The translations under genes and the position numbers were made by a program. From Cyanidioschyzon merolae (Eukaryota): a stretch of DNA of 64,000 nucleotides. Of this stretch, positions 10,174-21,748 are shown in pieces. The notes beneath the pieces were generated by a model that worked only from the letters and a program-made list of their open reading frames with translations, made no database searches and had not been told where the DNA came from. Each line of letters opens with the position of its first letter. Position 1 is the stretch's first letter. The stretch is from the NCBI GenBank assembly GCA_000091205.1, contig AP006489.2; one strand, 5' to 3'.

Positions 10174-11534
10174 CAGAGTATGCGCTCGCCGGGTTGCGGC
10201 TCCGGTTCCGAATCCAACATCATCAGATCGATCATGGAAACACTTGGATCACGCCCGTACAGACGGTAGACTCGTTTGCGCCCGGGTATGGTGGTTTTGT
10301 TGGGATCCTCGCTCACCTTGATGCAAGGCGTCTGATCCACTTGCACGAGCTTGAAAACGCAGCCCAGTGCCGGCTGTTTCTGACAAGTGACGAGGTGCGT
10401 ACCCACCCCGAAGGCGTCAATCGCGTGCCCCTGCTCCTTCAAGGCGTACAAGGTGTCCTCGTGAATATCTGACGAGGCGAATATGATATACTTATTACCT
10501 GGCTTCACCACGTCGAAGATGCGTCTCGCCTGGCTCGAGATGTATGCCAGATCACCCGAATCGATTCGAATGCCGAGTGGCTTATAGCCCTGGTGCTCTA
10601 GAGCCAGCGCCACAGCCAGAAAGTTGGGAACCCCCGATCCCAGCGAATCGTAGGTATCGACGAGCGCGAGAAAAGCGCGCGGAAAAGCCGCCGCATAGGC
10701 AATGAACGCTTCCAATTCCGACTCGTTTGCTGCTTTTGCTGATAGCTGAAATGACTGACGCAAAGCCGGGTCCACAATTTCATCCCGATATCGATACGCA
10801 AGCAGCGCGAGCGCGCTTCGTTCCGTGGAAGCACCAGCGTCAACGGGCGGCGCTTGTGCTGGCCTGACGAAGCTCTGTACAAAGGCGTGCGCATGCGTAC
10901 CTCGACACGGGATACCGTAGGTAAACGCTGCCATCACGTTGCTTGTTGCATCAAAACCTCCGAGATAGGCATAGCGACTGGCAGTCATACCACCGTCGGG
11001 ACCCTGGGCTCTCCGCAAGCCAAACTCCACGAGTTGCACGCGGTCGCCGACTGCAACACGATGTCGAGCAGCATTCGTCGCTACCAGGGATGGAAAGTTT
11101 ACCAGGGTCAAGAGCGTCGTCTCGAGAAGCTGGCAAACAGCGAGCGGTCCGTCCACGCGCACCAGAGGCTCTAGCGGGAAGCAAACACTGCCTTCGGGGA
11201 GCGCTCGGAGCTGCACCACCTGACCGCTGCACTCGTCGGACTGGAGAAACGCTAAAAACGCTTCTAGTTGTTCGGCTTCCGCGAAGACCTCGTGCTGCCT
11301 AATGAATGCACAGTGCTCAGCGGTGAACCGGAACTGCTCTTGCACAAAGTGCAGGACCTCCGTCAGGCCAGCAAACACGGTGTACTCGCCTTGGAAGGGG
11401 TTTTTACGGAAAAAGAGGTCAAACGTAGCCGGGAGGAGATGTCTTCCCTCCCGGAAGTAGGCATACGCCATCGTTATCTCATAGAGGTCCGTTAAGAGCG
11501 GTGTAACGAAGTTATTCCGGGGAAACGGCTCCAT
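9873..11534 (-). CDS. NAPRT: nicotinate phosphoribosyltransferase
   Basis: 553-aa ORF collinear with eukaryotic NAPRT, from the N-terminal LTDLYEITMAYAYF through the GTHAH region to the C-terminal NPTPYKVSVS…LW motif. Confidence 0.9.
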   Translation of the reverse strand: MEPFPRNNFVTPLLTDLYEITMAYAYFREGRHLLPATFDLFFRKNPFQGEYTVFAGLTEVLHFVQEQFRFTAEHCAFIRQHEVFAEAEQLEAFLAFLQSDECSGQVVQLRALPEGSVCFPLEPLVRVDGPLAVCQLLETTLLTLVNFPSLVATNAARHRVAVGDRVQLVEFGLRRAQGPDGGMTASRYAYLGGFDATSNVMAAFTYGIPCRGTHAHAFVQSFVRPAQAPPVDAGASTERSALALLAYRYRDEIVDPALRQSFQLSAKAANESELEAFIAYAAAFPRAFLALVDTYDSLGSGVPNFLAVALALEHQGYKPLGIRIDSGDLAYISSQARRIFDVVKPGNKYIIFASSDIHEDTLYALKEQGHAIDAFGVGTHLVTCQKQPALGCVFKLVQVDQTPCIKVSEDPNKTTIPGRKRVYRLYGRDPSVSMIDLMMLDSEPEPQPGERILCCHPYEEHKRCYMTPSRVEEILHLRLINGTVMPEDALASTASDRDRLQLARRRCREQVQALRYDYKRPLNPTPYKVSVSAALFKLVHQLWLSELTIRELS

Positions 11535-11989
11535 GAGTGCATCAACAAGTCCAGTTACGAAGTGCAGGTATGCCTGGAGACGCTGGCACTGAGGCAGGTC
11601 ATTGACCGACGTGAGCGTGCCGCCGCACCCGTCTTCGGCGACGACCGGTAAGCGAAACGCGTTGCTTTACGCTCGCGTTTTTCGGAGCTTTCCATTTTGA
11701 GAGGTACAGCCTCGAGATTCGAAGTGCAGCCATGAGGGCTTGTGGATTCATATGTGGATTATGGGATCTCGGCGGTCTATTCGGTGTGGCTCTTTCGAGT
11801 CTTTACCGTTGCTCTTCGTTACGTCACCGGTACCAGGATATGATTCGCGACGGCCTCGAAGAGTGGTTCATATAATGACCCACATCATCATGCAAATGAA
11901 ATGAACGTGCATCTACGCGCCTCCTTTCCTTACACGCAGCATACTCCAATCATGCACGGTTTCAGTTTTCGAACGTTGTGGTTCAACGA

Positions 11990-12990
11990 ACTCGTAGGCG
12001 TTGCAGTTTGCGTCGCTGGATCGACGAGCTGTGAAAACCTCGACAGGGTCGCTTGAGGACTTGTTCACAAACGCGCGCCGAAAGATCGCTGAAGCTGCCA
12101 CATCAGGTGATCGATTCCGTTCGAAACGCGAATCCCCCTGTCTCTGTGGCCATCGACGGATCGGCATTCCACTAGGGCATCGTACATCTCGTGGAGTATG
12201 CAACCGGAGGCTCACGACTCTTTTGGTTGCATGAGAAAGGGTCTTGGGCTTGCTCGGAGCGCCAGACATTGCAGCGATCGTTCCCAGTGGAGCGTGCGTC
12301 ACCGTTTTGCATGAACGTCGTGCAGAGAGATCGAGATTTCTCGACGTGTTTCCCAACCTGAATTTTTCTTCTGGCACGTGTTCCATCGCGGATACCATCG
12401 TGTTCCACAAACCTTTTACTGAATGGAGCAACGTGCGCTTGCATGTGCGGCGAGCAGCGTACTCGCCCCGTGAATCGCCCAGTAGAGGCTCGTGTCCGTA
12501 AGGTACGAAACCAGACCCGGAAACGGATGGGGGCATCGGAGGCAGGCCGCTGTACCAGTCCTGGGCATGTATCGACCGATAAAGCAAGCCATCTGCGGTA
12601 CCAAGACGGTCCACCTAGGTAGCGATCTGGTAGGCAGATTGGAATACCTGCACACAGTCAGGTGTCAATGCTGCGAAGCGTGCACCGAGACTGTACTCAA
12701 AAATGATGAGAATCGCAATTGATGCACATTTCGCAACTTTCGCCTGAGGGTGTATGCGTCGACAACAGTCGGAAGCAACGAAATCGGGGCTTGGAAATCG
12801 CACTTGATGCACATTTCGCAACTTTCGCCTGAGGGTGTATGCGTCGACAACAGTCGGAAGCAACGAAGTCGGGGCTTGGAAATCGCAATTGATGCACATT
12901 TCGCAACTTTCGCCTGAGGGTGTATGCGTCGACAACAGTCGGAAGCAACGAAATCGGGGCTTGAACGCAGCCATCAACATGTTTCGTCTG
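11990..12990. repeat. diverged copy (A) of the dispersed repeat family shared with 50.3/55.6/60.2 kb, including an internal 85-bp tandem expansion
   Basis: It shares the core …gtctctgtggccatcgacg…gcagcgatcgttcccagtgg…tgttccacaaacc… and a tgcgaagcgtgcaccga segment with copy B (41.0-41.8 kb) and with the 1.36-kb copies. Its boundaries are approximate. Confidence 0.5.
12719..12973. repeat. 85-bp minisatellite, 3 copies
   Basis: The unit ttgatgcacatttcgcaactttcgcctgagggtgtatgcgtcgacaacagtcggaagcaacgaaatcggggcttggaaatcgca[a/c] recurs at 12719, 12804 and 12889. Copy B carries the same unit once. Confidence 0.9.
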
Positions 12991-13945
12991 CTGACCACGG
13001 GGCCGGAGTGAAACGCGACACATTCGCGTATTGAACGCCAAAGCTAAGAGAGAGACGAAAAGAAAGCAGTCGAACGTATAGCCAGCCAAGTCTGGTGCTG
13101 AGGACAGTGACAGGAGACACATCCTATAAGCATGGACGCTCCAGTTAGCAACGTAGACCTGTTCCATTATACGCTGACAAGAATTTCACGCGATAACGAT
13201 GCCATCCTCAGAGCTGTATGCATGGATGCGCGCCCGTGTCTGCATGCCTGTGCATTCACTTGTTCGTTCGTGCAGACCGCATGTGCACGCGCGGATGACA
13301 AGCGGCCGTGCGTCCGTAGCGAATACGGTTCTGTATCGAGGTAGAGTGCGTCGACTGGCGCTGATCCAAAGCACGCTCACGGCTGGAGTACGTCGCAGTT
13401 CCACAGGCACGAAGAACGATATCCGAAGGTATGTGCTGTGTTGCCGCACACGAGCGCCGCAGCAGCACGTCGGTGGCAAGAAATCCAGCTGGCAGACCTG
13501 CAACGATGCGCCAAGTCGTTCGAGAATCCTAACTGGGCCCAGGGAGATGGGTCGCAGGCCTCGCTCTGGAGGCCAGACAGCCGGTCCCAACGGTAGGTAG
13601 GCAGGTATGTCGTCGATGCGCGGAGGATGCTCTTGGACGAGAAGATTGCCATTGGAGCCGAACAAACCGTGTCGTGGACAGCAACGCCAGAACGGCTTTT
13701 CAGATAGTTTGCGCATTTTACCGCACGTCACACATGATGAAACTGCAGAGCCGCAAGGCAGCACGCGGGATGTTCTCGTTGAGTTCTTTGATAGCGTCTG
13801 CGACGTACGTCACAGCGATATCGCGCTGTACCCATAAACATCTGGACGCTCAGCATTCGCGTGTAAGTCGCGCACCCAGAACGTGAACATAGCGCCCGGC
13901 GCCGTCAGTGCAAACCCCCATGAACCGATGTTGACGCAAGCGTGC

Positions 13946-14377
13946 CTAGTCCACATCCGCCATGACTGCGGAGCGCGACGGCGTCACCCGTGCGTTCATC
14001 AGAGAAGCTCGCTCTTTGCGCTTCAGCAGCGCTATCCGGTCCTTATCCAGACGCAGCGCAATGATCTGGACTTTGCTGGGGTGGATCCCAATGTCAACCG
14101 GGAGGCCCCGGCTGTCCTCGCGCGCAACGCCCTCCACTGCGATTCGGTATTTTTTCCGGTGGCATCGTTTGACTTTTCCTTCCTGCATTTTATACAAACC
14201 TCTCATGATGCGTACTTCGTCTCCAACTCGGATCGGGACAGCGTGCACACCGTACTTCTCAACGAGCTCGCTGCTCAGCGGAGCGGACATTCGAATCCGC
14301 CGCTCGTGACTCGGGGCCGTAAAGTGCGCCTTGCGTTGCTTCCGTCGCGAAGACGATACTTCCTTGCTAAACTTCAT
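13946..14377 (-). CDS. RPL26: 60S ribosomal protein L26 (uL24)
   Basis: 143-aa ORF. MKF…RKAHFTAPSHERR…PIRVGDEV…GIHPSKV…LDKDR is collinear with eukaryotic RPL26, including the KOW motif. There is no intron. Confidence 0.9.
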   Translation of the reverse strand: MKFSKEVSSSRRKQRKAHFTAPSHERRIRMSAPLSSELVEKYGVHAVPIRVGDEVRIMRGLYKMQEGKVKRCHRKKYRIAVEGVAREDSRGLPVDIGIHPSKVQIIALRLDKDRIALLKRKERASLMNARVTPSRSAVMADVD

Positions 14378-15785
14378 GCCTCACTGGGTAAGTAGGGTAT
14401 CTGAACAGCAGGTACCGTGGTCTTCCTCTGAGGCCAGCGGATAGACGTTGTGGATAAACTCCACCGCAACAAACACTCCTCGGTGTTGAGGAATCGGGGT
14501 ACGCGTCGCGGGTGCGGATACAGACGGCGTTCGCGGGCGGACGCATGTGCCGGCGCGGCGCATTGGAATAAACCTAAACAAAAATGTATTTTACTGTACT
14601 TAAGGGATCATTGTGGAATCAACTTGCATGATCATGGAACATGCCCTATGTTCCATATCAGGCATGCCGACACTTTTACCGGACATGCGATCATGAATGC
14701 GACGTGCTCATGTGATCGTCGAAACGGTACGCGAGGCGCATGCGTTCGTTACGTGTCTGGAACGCCGTATGGTAGAGCTACCTGCACGCTACACGAGAAC
14801 AGCTTCGGTGCCTGGACAGCCCACCGTGACGAATAGGTGTCGTTCAGGACCGGCCGAAAGGTAGCTGTGTGCCGCACGGCTGGAGGGCGCGCGCTGGGGC
14901 CGCGCGCCCCTGCTCCGCGTAGGGGCGTGTGTGCGGTATGCGCGCCCCTGCACCAGTCAGGAACGTTGTAAAGTAGACGCGTTTGCCCTCGTGACTCGAA
15001 ACGAGGCAAGCGTTGTCGATAGTCGTAGTATAACGTTGGGCAGTACCGGACACTAGAGCGTCTGTAGCGGCGCAGTGAGACGCTAAACAACTATCGAGTC
15101 GTGCGACGCGCGCCTGCCAGCGTCGGTATGGGCGGTGTCGTTTGCGCTAGAGCGAGACCGTAGCGTCCACTGCGTAATATCCAGCCTTTTTGATGCGGGC
15201 TCCAGTGGAGCCTTGGACGCAGAGACCGGTGCGCCCATAAACCAGGGCGACGATCAGCACTTGCTCTGCAGCGCGTGTACGGTCCAGTGCCATGCCCTCG
15301 GACAACTGGATACAAACGCAGTTTTGCAGTATGGAGTGAGCTCTGTGCAACCCGGAGCGACACCCACTAGCACCTGCGGCAGCCTGAAGCATATCACAGA
15401 AGGAGTATCGCGAGTGTTTTTCGTAAGAGCGTCAGTAGCGCCGAGCTGGTGACGCTCTCCAGCGACATCGCTTGAACAGGACGCGCCTGGAGGTTGCTAT
15501 GGCTTGGGGATCAGCATGGGTTGCAACCGACATTGGGAAGGTGCGGGTCGTTTTCCTTCCACATGCAGCCATGGAGAAGCGGTAACGGCGCATTGCCTCC
15601 GCAAGCCAGCAGGGATACTGTCGTTGTCAAGAACTTCATACCCGCTCCGGATTGTAGACCGATGTTCATCCCACAGCTCGCATCCGGTTGTGCAGCGTGT
15701 TGGCCTGGAACATCCGTCAAACCAACATGATGCGTATTTCGCCTTTGACTGCGAAGCCACCGCCCCAGGAGAAACATCGTCGCCG

Positions 15786-17882
15786 CTAACGCTCTGGGGC
15801 AGACGATACAGAGGATGCGGTAGAAACCGATGTGGATGAAACCGTCACCGCCACAGTGGCGAGGGTACGAGTCCCTGGTGAGGTACTCGGGTCTGCCTCC
15901 GTGTTGGTCTCGGCGCTTGCAATGCCCAGTGGATTGCCCACGCGAGACGTCTCGCCTCTCCAGGACGCGGTACGAAACGTTCTTGTCTTTTGTATGATCA
16001 AATGCGGTGAATCGCCAATTTCAATTGGCGCAGCAGGCATTTCGAAGGGCCGCACATCCTGCAAGGGGCCGAACAGCGCATCGAGTTCCGCTTGCTCAGC
16101 TGAACGATGGGCAGCTCTACGTTGGTGCGACCACCGACTCGCCTCTGGCAGCGCGCAATGATCGGAAGATTCAGCAGCACCAGCGACACATGTCCCCGAG
16201 AACATTTCCCCGCCTCGTTGCTCCGACACAGAGGCCGGTACATCCAGCTGCGATGGTGCTTGCCGGTGCCAGTGGAAAGCGGGTCGCGCGGGCATGTCTC
16301 TGGGCGCTTCCTCCAGGTAGTGCGCTTGGGCGTGCTGGCTTGTAGACGGCGCTCGACGTCTCAGGGATTCTCGAGTTGGAGCCCAGCGCAAATGCGGTTC
16401 CACTCGATCCCACAGATCAGGTCGTTTCGCAACCAGCACTGATTGCTGCTCGGCAATCTGGTGGCTCAACGGACGCCGCACGATGCGGTCGTGGAATTCC
16501 TCTGGAATATTTGCTCGGTTACACACAACGTCGTCGAGCAACTCGATAACGTTAGACTGCACAGCCTGCAGGAAAGCAGAGCAGAAACAAGCTGCCTCGA
16601 AAATGGTTCGATGTCGACGAATGACGTTGCGCACTGAATGACTTGGTGGATAGCGATAGTGTTCTCGCACTTTGCGTTCGATCGTCGCCCGCGATATTTC
16701 TCGTTGAGCGACTGCAGCCGCCGCAGCCGTGATACATGCTGCAGCGTCGTCGCTGTCGGAGCGCCAACGCCTGTGCAGGCATTCGCCCGGTTCATCCGTG
16801 ACCGGGGCCGCGGCTCCAGGCGACGTCAAGCCAGAGTCAGGAAGCTTGGCTGCCTTCTGTTGTGACGCAGACGCCACCGTGGTCATCGTGGCGGCTGCGT
16901 CTGCGTCTGCGACCTCTTGGCGAAATACTGGTGACAGGCTTGGGGGCTTGGACTGATTCCAGTTGTGACCGAAGAAGACGGAGGCTCCGTCGGGGCTCGT
17001 AACGATCGCAGTGAGCTCACCGAGACAGGCTGGTCCACCCCGTGGTGCCGGCGACGACGCGAGCAGTCTGCGAGCAAGCGCAGCACCCTCTAACGTCAGC
17101 GGGAGCTTCTCATTCGGTTTCAAAAGCCCGAACAAGACGCGGAAATTTTCCAGGCGCTCCAGGACGCTTTCGCCATAGCTCCCGCCAACAGGCCGGAACG
17201 TGAAGTGGAATTTGCGCTGTCGTAGAGCGGAGAGAACGGTTTCGTCACGCTGCTGGCGCATATCCAAGTGCGTTGAGGTGGTCTCCATCGCCGTGGTGCC
17301 GCTGGTACCACTGCTGGTGCCCTCTGCGTGCATCAGTGTGCATCCAGTCGACGAAGCGAGCTGCCAAGAGAGCTCCCGCGACGAGCTACGTCTCTCAACC
17401 GATGGTGGTGACGTTGGCGTCCCTGACAGGGCAGAAGGTGGCGAGAACGCGCCGGCTGAGCGCCCACCAGGCCTAACGAGCTTGGGCACCTCTGCTTCGT
17501 CTTGTTTGCTGCTGTGGTACTGCGCTGTCTCAAGCTGCTGACTGCGGCTCTCTGGAACCCGCGCAGTCGTCCAGCTGACCGCTGCGCTCTGCGGGTCGGT
17601 TACGCTCTCCGAAAGCGTCCCCGTCGCCATCGGCGTATCGGTTACGCAGCTTTCCGCGGGTGAGTGCACAGCCACGGACGCAGACGGCAGCAGAGCGTCG
17701 GTTTCTCGTGCCGAACGCACTGCGGTCGACGTGGAAGCGACTCCTGCCGGCACCAGCCTCGCCAGCTGGTGCCCAGGGTTCTCGGCCGGCTGTGTCGCGC
17801 CCGCGAGCGGACGCTTGTCCTCGTCTATTGGAAAAACGAACGCAGGTGCTTGCCGCAAGTCGCCCGAGTTCGAACCGGACAT
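15786..17882 (-). CDS. hypothetical protein (about 700 aa) with low-complexity Ser/Thr/Ala-rich regions
   Basis: The uninterrupted ORF runs to 17978, and the start is probably the Met at 17882 (MSGSNSGDL…). The central region …FHFTFRPVGGSYGESVLERLENFRVLFGLLKPNEK… looks globular, but no family is recognised. Confidence 0.5.
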   Translation of the reverse strand: MSGSNSGDLRQAPAFVFPIDEDKRPLAGATQPAENPGHQLARLVPAGVASTSTAVRSARETDALLPSASVAVHSPAESCVTDTPMATGTLSESVTDPQSAAVSWTTARVPESRSQQLETAQYHSSKQDEAEVPKLVRPGGRSAGAFSPPSALSGTPTSPPSVERRSSSRELSWQLASSTGCTLMHAEGTSSGTSGTTAMETTSTHLDMRQQRDETVLSALRQRKFHFTFRPVGGSYGESVLERLENFRVLFGLLKPNEKLPLTLEGAALARRLLASSPAPRGGPACLGELTAIVTSPDGASVFFGHNWNQSKPPSLSPVFRQEVADADAAATMTTVASASQQKAAKLPDSGLTSPGAAAPVTDEPGECLHRRWRSDSDDAAACITAAAAAVAQREISRATIERKVREHYRYPPSHSVRNVIRRHRTIFEAACFCSAFLQAVQSNVIELLDDVVCNRANIPEEFHDRIVRRPLSHQIAEQQSVLVAKRPDLWDRVEPHLRWAPTRESLRRRAPSTSQHAQAHYLEEAPRDMPARPAFHWHRQAPSQLDVPASVSEQRGGEMFSGTCVAGAAESSDHCALPEASRWSHQRRAAHRSAEQAELDALFGPLQDVRPFEMPAAPIEIGDSPHLIIQKTRTFRTASWRGETSRVGNPLGIASAETNTEADPSTSPGTRTLATVAVTVSSTSVSTASSVSSAPER

Positions 17883-19441
17883 GAAGCGGAACGCCTCCCT
17901 ACTGCACCAGAAGCGCCCCCGTCGCCACCAGACTTGCTCCTCGCAACGCCGTTCACACCCAGACGATACTTTCACCAAAACTAGTCAATGAAAAATCAAT
18001 TTTGGCACCACAGCGTTTCCTGCAACTTCTAGAACGAAAGTTTTCTCTGAAACCGCACGTGTACACGTGCGATCGTGCGCTTGCAGAGAAATCTCTGTTT
18101 GTCGTTGCATTGGCCGGTGGCATCGCACTGGGCGCAGCGCCAGCGGCGTAGAAACGTCCTCGCCATCACCGGGCCTTGGGTTGTCGATACGCTGCCGACG
18201 CCTGCGCCTCTGCTTGGGCGGCTGCACAACACGTGTAGGGTTCCCGAGGCGCGATGCGTCACCACTGTATATATCAGTATACAATGGTATAGAATAGAAC
18301 AGCGACGTCAATCTGGATGAAATGGTATCAAGCGGACAGAGAGGCATCGCGCGCGAGACGCTGCGGGGCGCGAGATGCGTGCGCGCCTTTCTGATTCTAG
18401 TAAAAACGGACTCCTTGTCCATGCGGCCCTGAGCAGCAGGTAGCACCAGCATACCGCAACGCATTTTTTACATAGGCAGCGAGCATACTGGGAAGGGTCA
18501 AGTCCGGGGGCCCCGACATCGGTTCTCCTGGAGGCACCTTAGCCATCGCGGTTGCGCTGCCTCAAGGGCGTAGCTCTCTGGGTATTCGGCTGTGTTCGGT
18601 GGCGTCTGCCGCTGCAACCGTGGGTCCGGTGCCAGAAGCGAAGCGCCTTTGCGTTAGCCGCTTCAGTGGTGCGGTCTGGGCGCACGCGGTCTGCAGCCGA
18701 CACTTGAGGTGCGCTGCGTCCGCGGCTTCGGCGCTCGATAAAACCGTACTGCGGATACCCAAGCGGTAGCAGGCACAGGCTGATCGCCCCGCGTTTTCAC
18801 TGTCTCGGACCCGATGGTCCATGTGCTCTAGACCCAGAGGTAAGCGGTGCCTTCGCACGGAGCTGCGACGAGCGTTCCCTGGGGCAAGGTGCGGCTACCG
18901 GCGTGGCTAGGAGCAGAGCGCTGCGCCCGCCGCAAGTCAAGTCCTACCTGCGACCGTTGAGGCAGCAGAGGCCGTCCACGACAGCGAGCACTCGAGCGCG
19001 GCACGGTGACCGGGTCCAGGATCCAGTCGACAAGCATCGGCTCTTGAAGACCCTGCTTGTACCGAATCTACCAAGGAGGTCGCACAGAATCGGGCTAGCT
19101 TTACTGTACGTGCGCAGTTGCCAGAACGAAGAGCCAGAAAAGCTGCTCGACGTCAAAGTTCGTTCTGTCTTTGTGAGGCGCACTCGAGGATACCAGAGCC
19201 GAGCACCTGGCCTAGCAGGGGCTTCTGACGGCATATCCAGCAACGTCGTTGACGTTTCTATGTCGTTGCTGACACAGTGCGACCAGCCCCGGCATATTGC
19301 ACCTCCTGGCTGATAACGTCAACCAGCTTTGCATTCGGGTGGTCTGCATGAAGCGCCCGAATGAGCATAACCTCGCGGGAATACCGTTTACATCAAGACT
19401 CTCCAAACTATGCGGACTGGAGCCCGCGTTATCTTTCGGAG

Positions 19442-21748
19442 CTAGCGAACCCGCCGAAACCCTTGCTGTACAGCACGTTCAGTGAGTCGGCCGAGCACTT
19501 GCCGAAACAGGTCGCTTGCAGGCGGTGCGAGCTCCAGTAGCCACTCGAGTGCGTCGGGAGCTGGAAGCCACGGTACCAGCGGCAACAATCGCGGTACAAG
19601 CGATACCATTGGCAACGCCCGCTGCGTGCTTCCTCGTGACCAGTAGCTGTCCGATTGCTTTTGTATTCCTGCTGTGAGCAGTGTCGGGGTCAGCTCACCG
19701 AGAAACTGCACCAGCTCACGCAACGTCTCAAGCTTGGCGATATCGTGAGGCGCACGCCGCCCGCGTCGTCTCGGATCCAACAGGAGCTCGACGCCATCGA
19801 CAATCTCGTCCACGAGGAGCTCTCGCAGAACCTTACCGCCATCGCTCGCCAGCACAAACCGCAACGCAGCTCGCATAGCTGCAGCATCCATCTGTTTCGG
19901 TGGAGCGTCAAAGTCTACAAATGCTTTGCCATCGATAAGGAGGCCCTGGCTTGAGCTGATCAGTGTACGCAACCGGGCGATCCGCAGACGCGACCCGTTC
20001 GCGTAGAGAATCTCGCGCAGTGCCTTGCGTAAAGTCTGGTTATTGGCGCTTGCCGCCGTCATGACGCGTCTACTCACAAACGGTAGCGCCTCCATGATCA
20101 TTTTGAAGTTCGGGTCCGCTTTCAGCGCGATGCCTTCGAGCACGCCCAAGGCTCGGATGATCAAGGCAAAATACGGCGGAATCGAGAACGGGAATTCGAA
20201 GGTTACCGCGGCAAGGTCGCTGGACAGGGATCGAAAGTCGATCGCGCGAGCGCCACCACCCTCTAGAGCCTGGTTCAAGATGTTACCCATAACTCCTACG
20301 ATGCGTGAGCGGTTCTCCCGAACCTTCTCGGTATCCGGGAGAAAATCGAGCGCGATAAAGTCATCGACCACGGCCTCAAAGTCGCGATTCGCCAAGTGAA
20401 TGATTGAGGCGACCATCCGATCCATTTGCGGGCGCTCAATCTCAGCCATAAGACCAAAGTCAAGAATCACCAAGCGTCCGTCGGCGGTGGCTAACAGGTT
20501 TCCGGGATGAGGATCTGCGTGGAAAAACCCCGTCTCCAGCAGCTGCGTTAGGAAACACTCAACACCGACGTTCACTAATGCTCGGATACGCTCGGGAGGA
20601 GCGTCTGCCAGTTTGGTTCCGTCGATCCACTCGGTCGTCAGAACCCGTCGTGAAGTGTATTCGAAATAAACCTTGGGAATTTTCACCTGATCAGCAGTGA
20701 TCCTGGCCTCGGGATCGGAACCGCGCTGCTGCAAGCAACCGAGGAGCAGGCGTTCGAAGCGTTCCGCGTTACGACCCTCGTTCACATAGTCGAGCTCGAG
20801 ATACATTCCACGAGCCCATTGGGTAAACAGTGCGATAAAATCCGTTCGATTGGCGGTAAAGAGATTCTGGATGCTCTGCGCCGAACCTGCCAGACGACGG
20901 ATGCAAAACAAATCCAGAGAGACGCGCTGCAGCATATCAGGTCGCTGCACTTTCACGGCGACTTTTTTCTGCGGGTCTCGTGCGAGCGTTCCCCGATAGA
21001 CTTGCCCTAAAGAGGCAGCTGCGACTGGCTCGGGCGTGAGCGTTGCGAAGACGTCATCGACGGAGCACCCCAGCTCCTCTTCGATCATGCGCCGTGCCAC
21101 TGCCGTCGGAAACGGTGGTACCGCATCGTGCAGCTTTTGTAGCTCGCGCATGGTAACCGGGCCGACGAGGTCCGGTCGAACGGCGAGCCACTGCCCGATT
21201 TTGATAAAAGTTGGTCCAAGTTCGGTAAGAATCTCGCGCAGACGAGCTGCTCGTGCCACCTCGAGGTCCGCTTTCGCCGCTCCCGATGCAGTCGACATTC
21301 GCGAAGTCGCCGTCGATACCAGGAAAGGAATCAAGAGCGAAGAAATCTCGCTGAGGCGGCGCGCAACCTCCGTTGGCCTTCGCGACCAGTAGGCGGCAAT
21401 CGCGTCCTCGTCGTAGGTAAGCGGGAGTCCGCGGTCCGCGTCCAGCACTTGACGCGTCTGGACGGCTGCCAACGCCTCAGTGTTATCAGGCGGAGGACTC
21501 AAGACCGCACGGCTCGCCAGCGTATTCATCGCGCGCGATACTCGAGTGCGTCGCGCGGCTTTCCCCTGAACGGCCACAGGCCGCGTACACCAAGTCGCGG
21601 CAGGAGCGGGCAACTCGTGTCTCGTAGGACGCAGTGTCCGCTTGCCAGCCGTCAGGGTGAACGCCTGCTGTGCTCCCACAAAGAGCATGCTCGGCAATGC
21701 TCTAATGAACATTGGTCCCCTTTCATTTGATCTATTTTGATTTCTCAT
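19442..21748 (-). CDS. ABC1/ADCK (aarF domain) atypical kinase with an organelle-targeting-like N-terminus
   Basis: 768-aa ORF with the ABC1 signature …YRGTLA…KVAVKVQRPD…HADPHPGNLL…DFGLM…. The Ser/Arg/Ala-rich N-terminal 80 aa resemble a transit peptide. Confidence 0.85.
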   Translation of the reverse strand: MRNQNRSNERGPMFIRALPSMLFVGAQQAFTLTAGKRTLRPTRHELPAPAATWCTRPVAVQGKAARRTRVSRAMNTLASRAVLSPPPDNTEALAAVQTRQVLDADRGLPLTYDEDAIAAYWSRRPTEVARRLSEISSLLIPFLVSTATSRMSTASGAAKADLEVARAARLREILTELGPTFIKIGQWLAVRPDLVGPVTMRELQKLHDAVPPFPTAVARRMIEEELGCSVDDVFATLTPEPVAAASLGQVYRGTLARDPQKKVAVKVQRPDMLQRVSLDLFCIRRLAGSAQSIQNLFTANRTDFIALFTQWARGMYLELDYVNEGRNAERFERLLLGCLQQRGSDPEARITADQVKIPKVYFEYTSRRVLTTEWIDGTKLADAPPERIRALVNVGVECFLTQLLETGFFHADPHPGNLLATADGRLVILDFGLMAEIERPQMDRMVASIIHLANRDFEAVVDDFIALDFLPDTEKVRENRSRIVGVMGNILNQALEGGGARAIDFRSLSSDLAAVTFEFPFSIPPYFALIIRALGVLEGIALKADPNFKMIMEALPFVSRRVMTAASANNQTLRKALREILYANGSRLRIARLRTLISSSQGLLIDGKAFVDFDAPPKQMDAAAMRAALRFVLASDGGKVLRELLVDEIVDGVELLLDPRRRGRRAPHDIAKLETLRELVQFLGELTPTLLTAGIQKQSDSYWSRGSTQRALPMVSLVPRLLPLVPWLPAPDALEWLLELAPPASDLFRQVLGRLTERAVQQGFRRVR

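Noticed and set aside
18680-18780. U6-snRNA-like 5' stem (cgcggcttcggcgctcg ataaaacc)
   Set aside because: It resembles the GCUUCGGCAGCACA hairpin only superficially, and the invariant ACAGAGA and AGC boxes are absent downstream.
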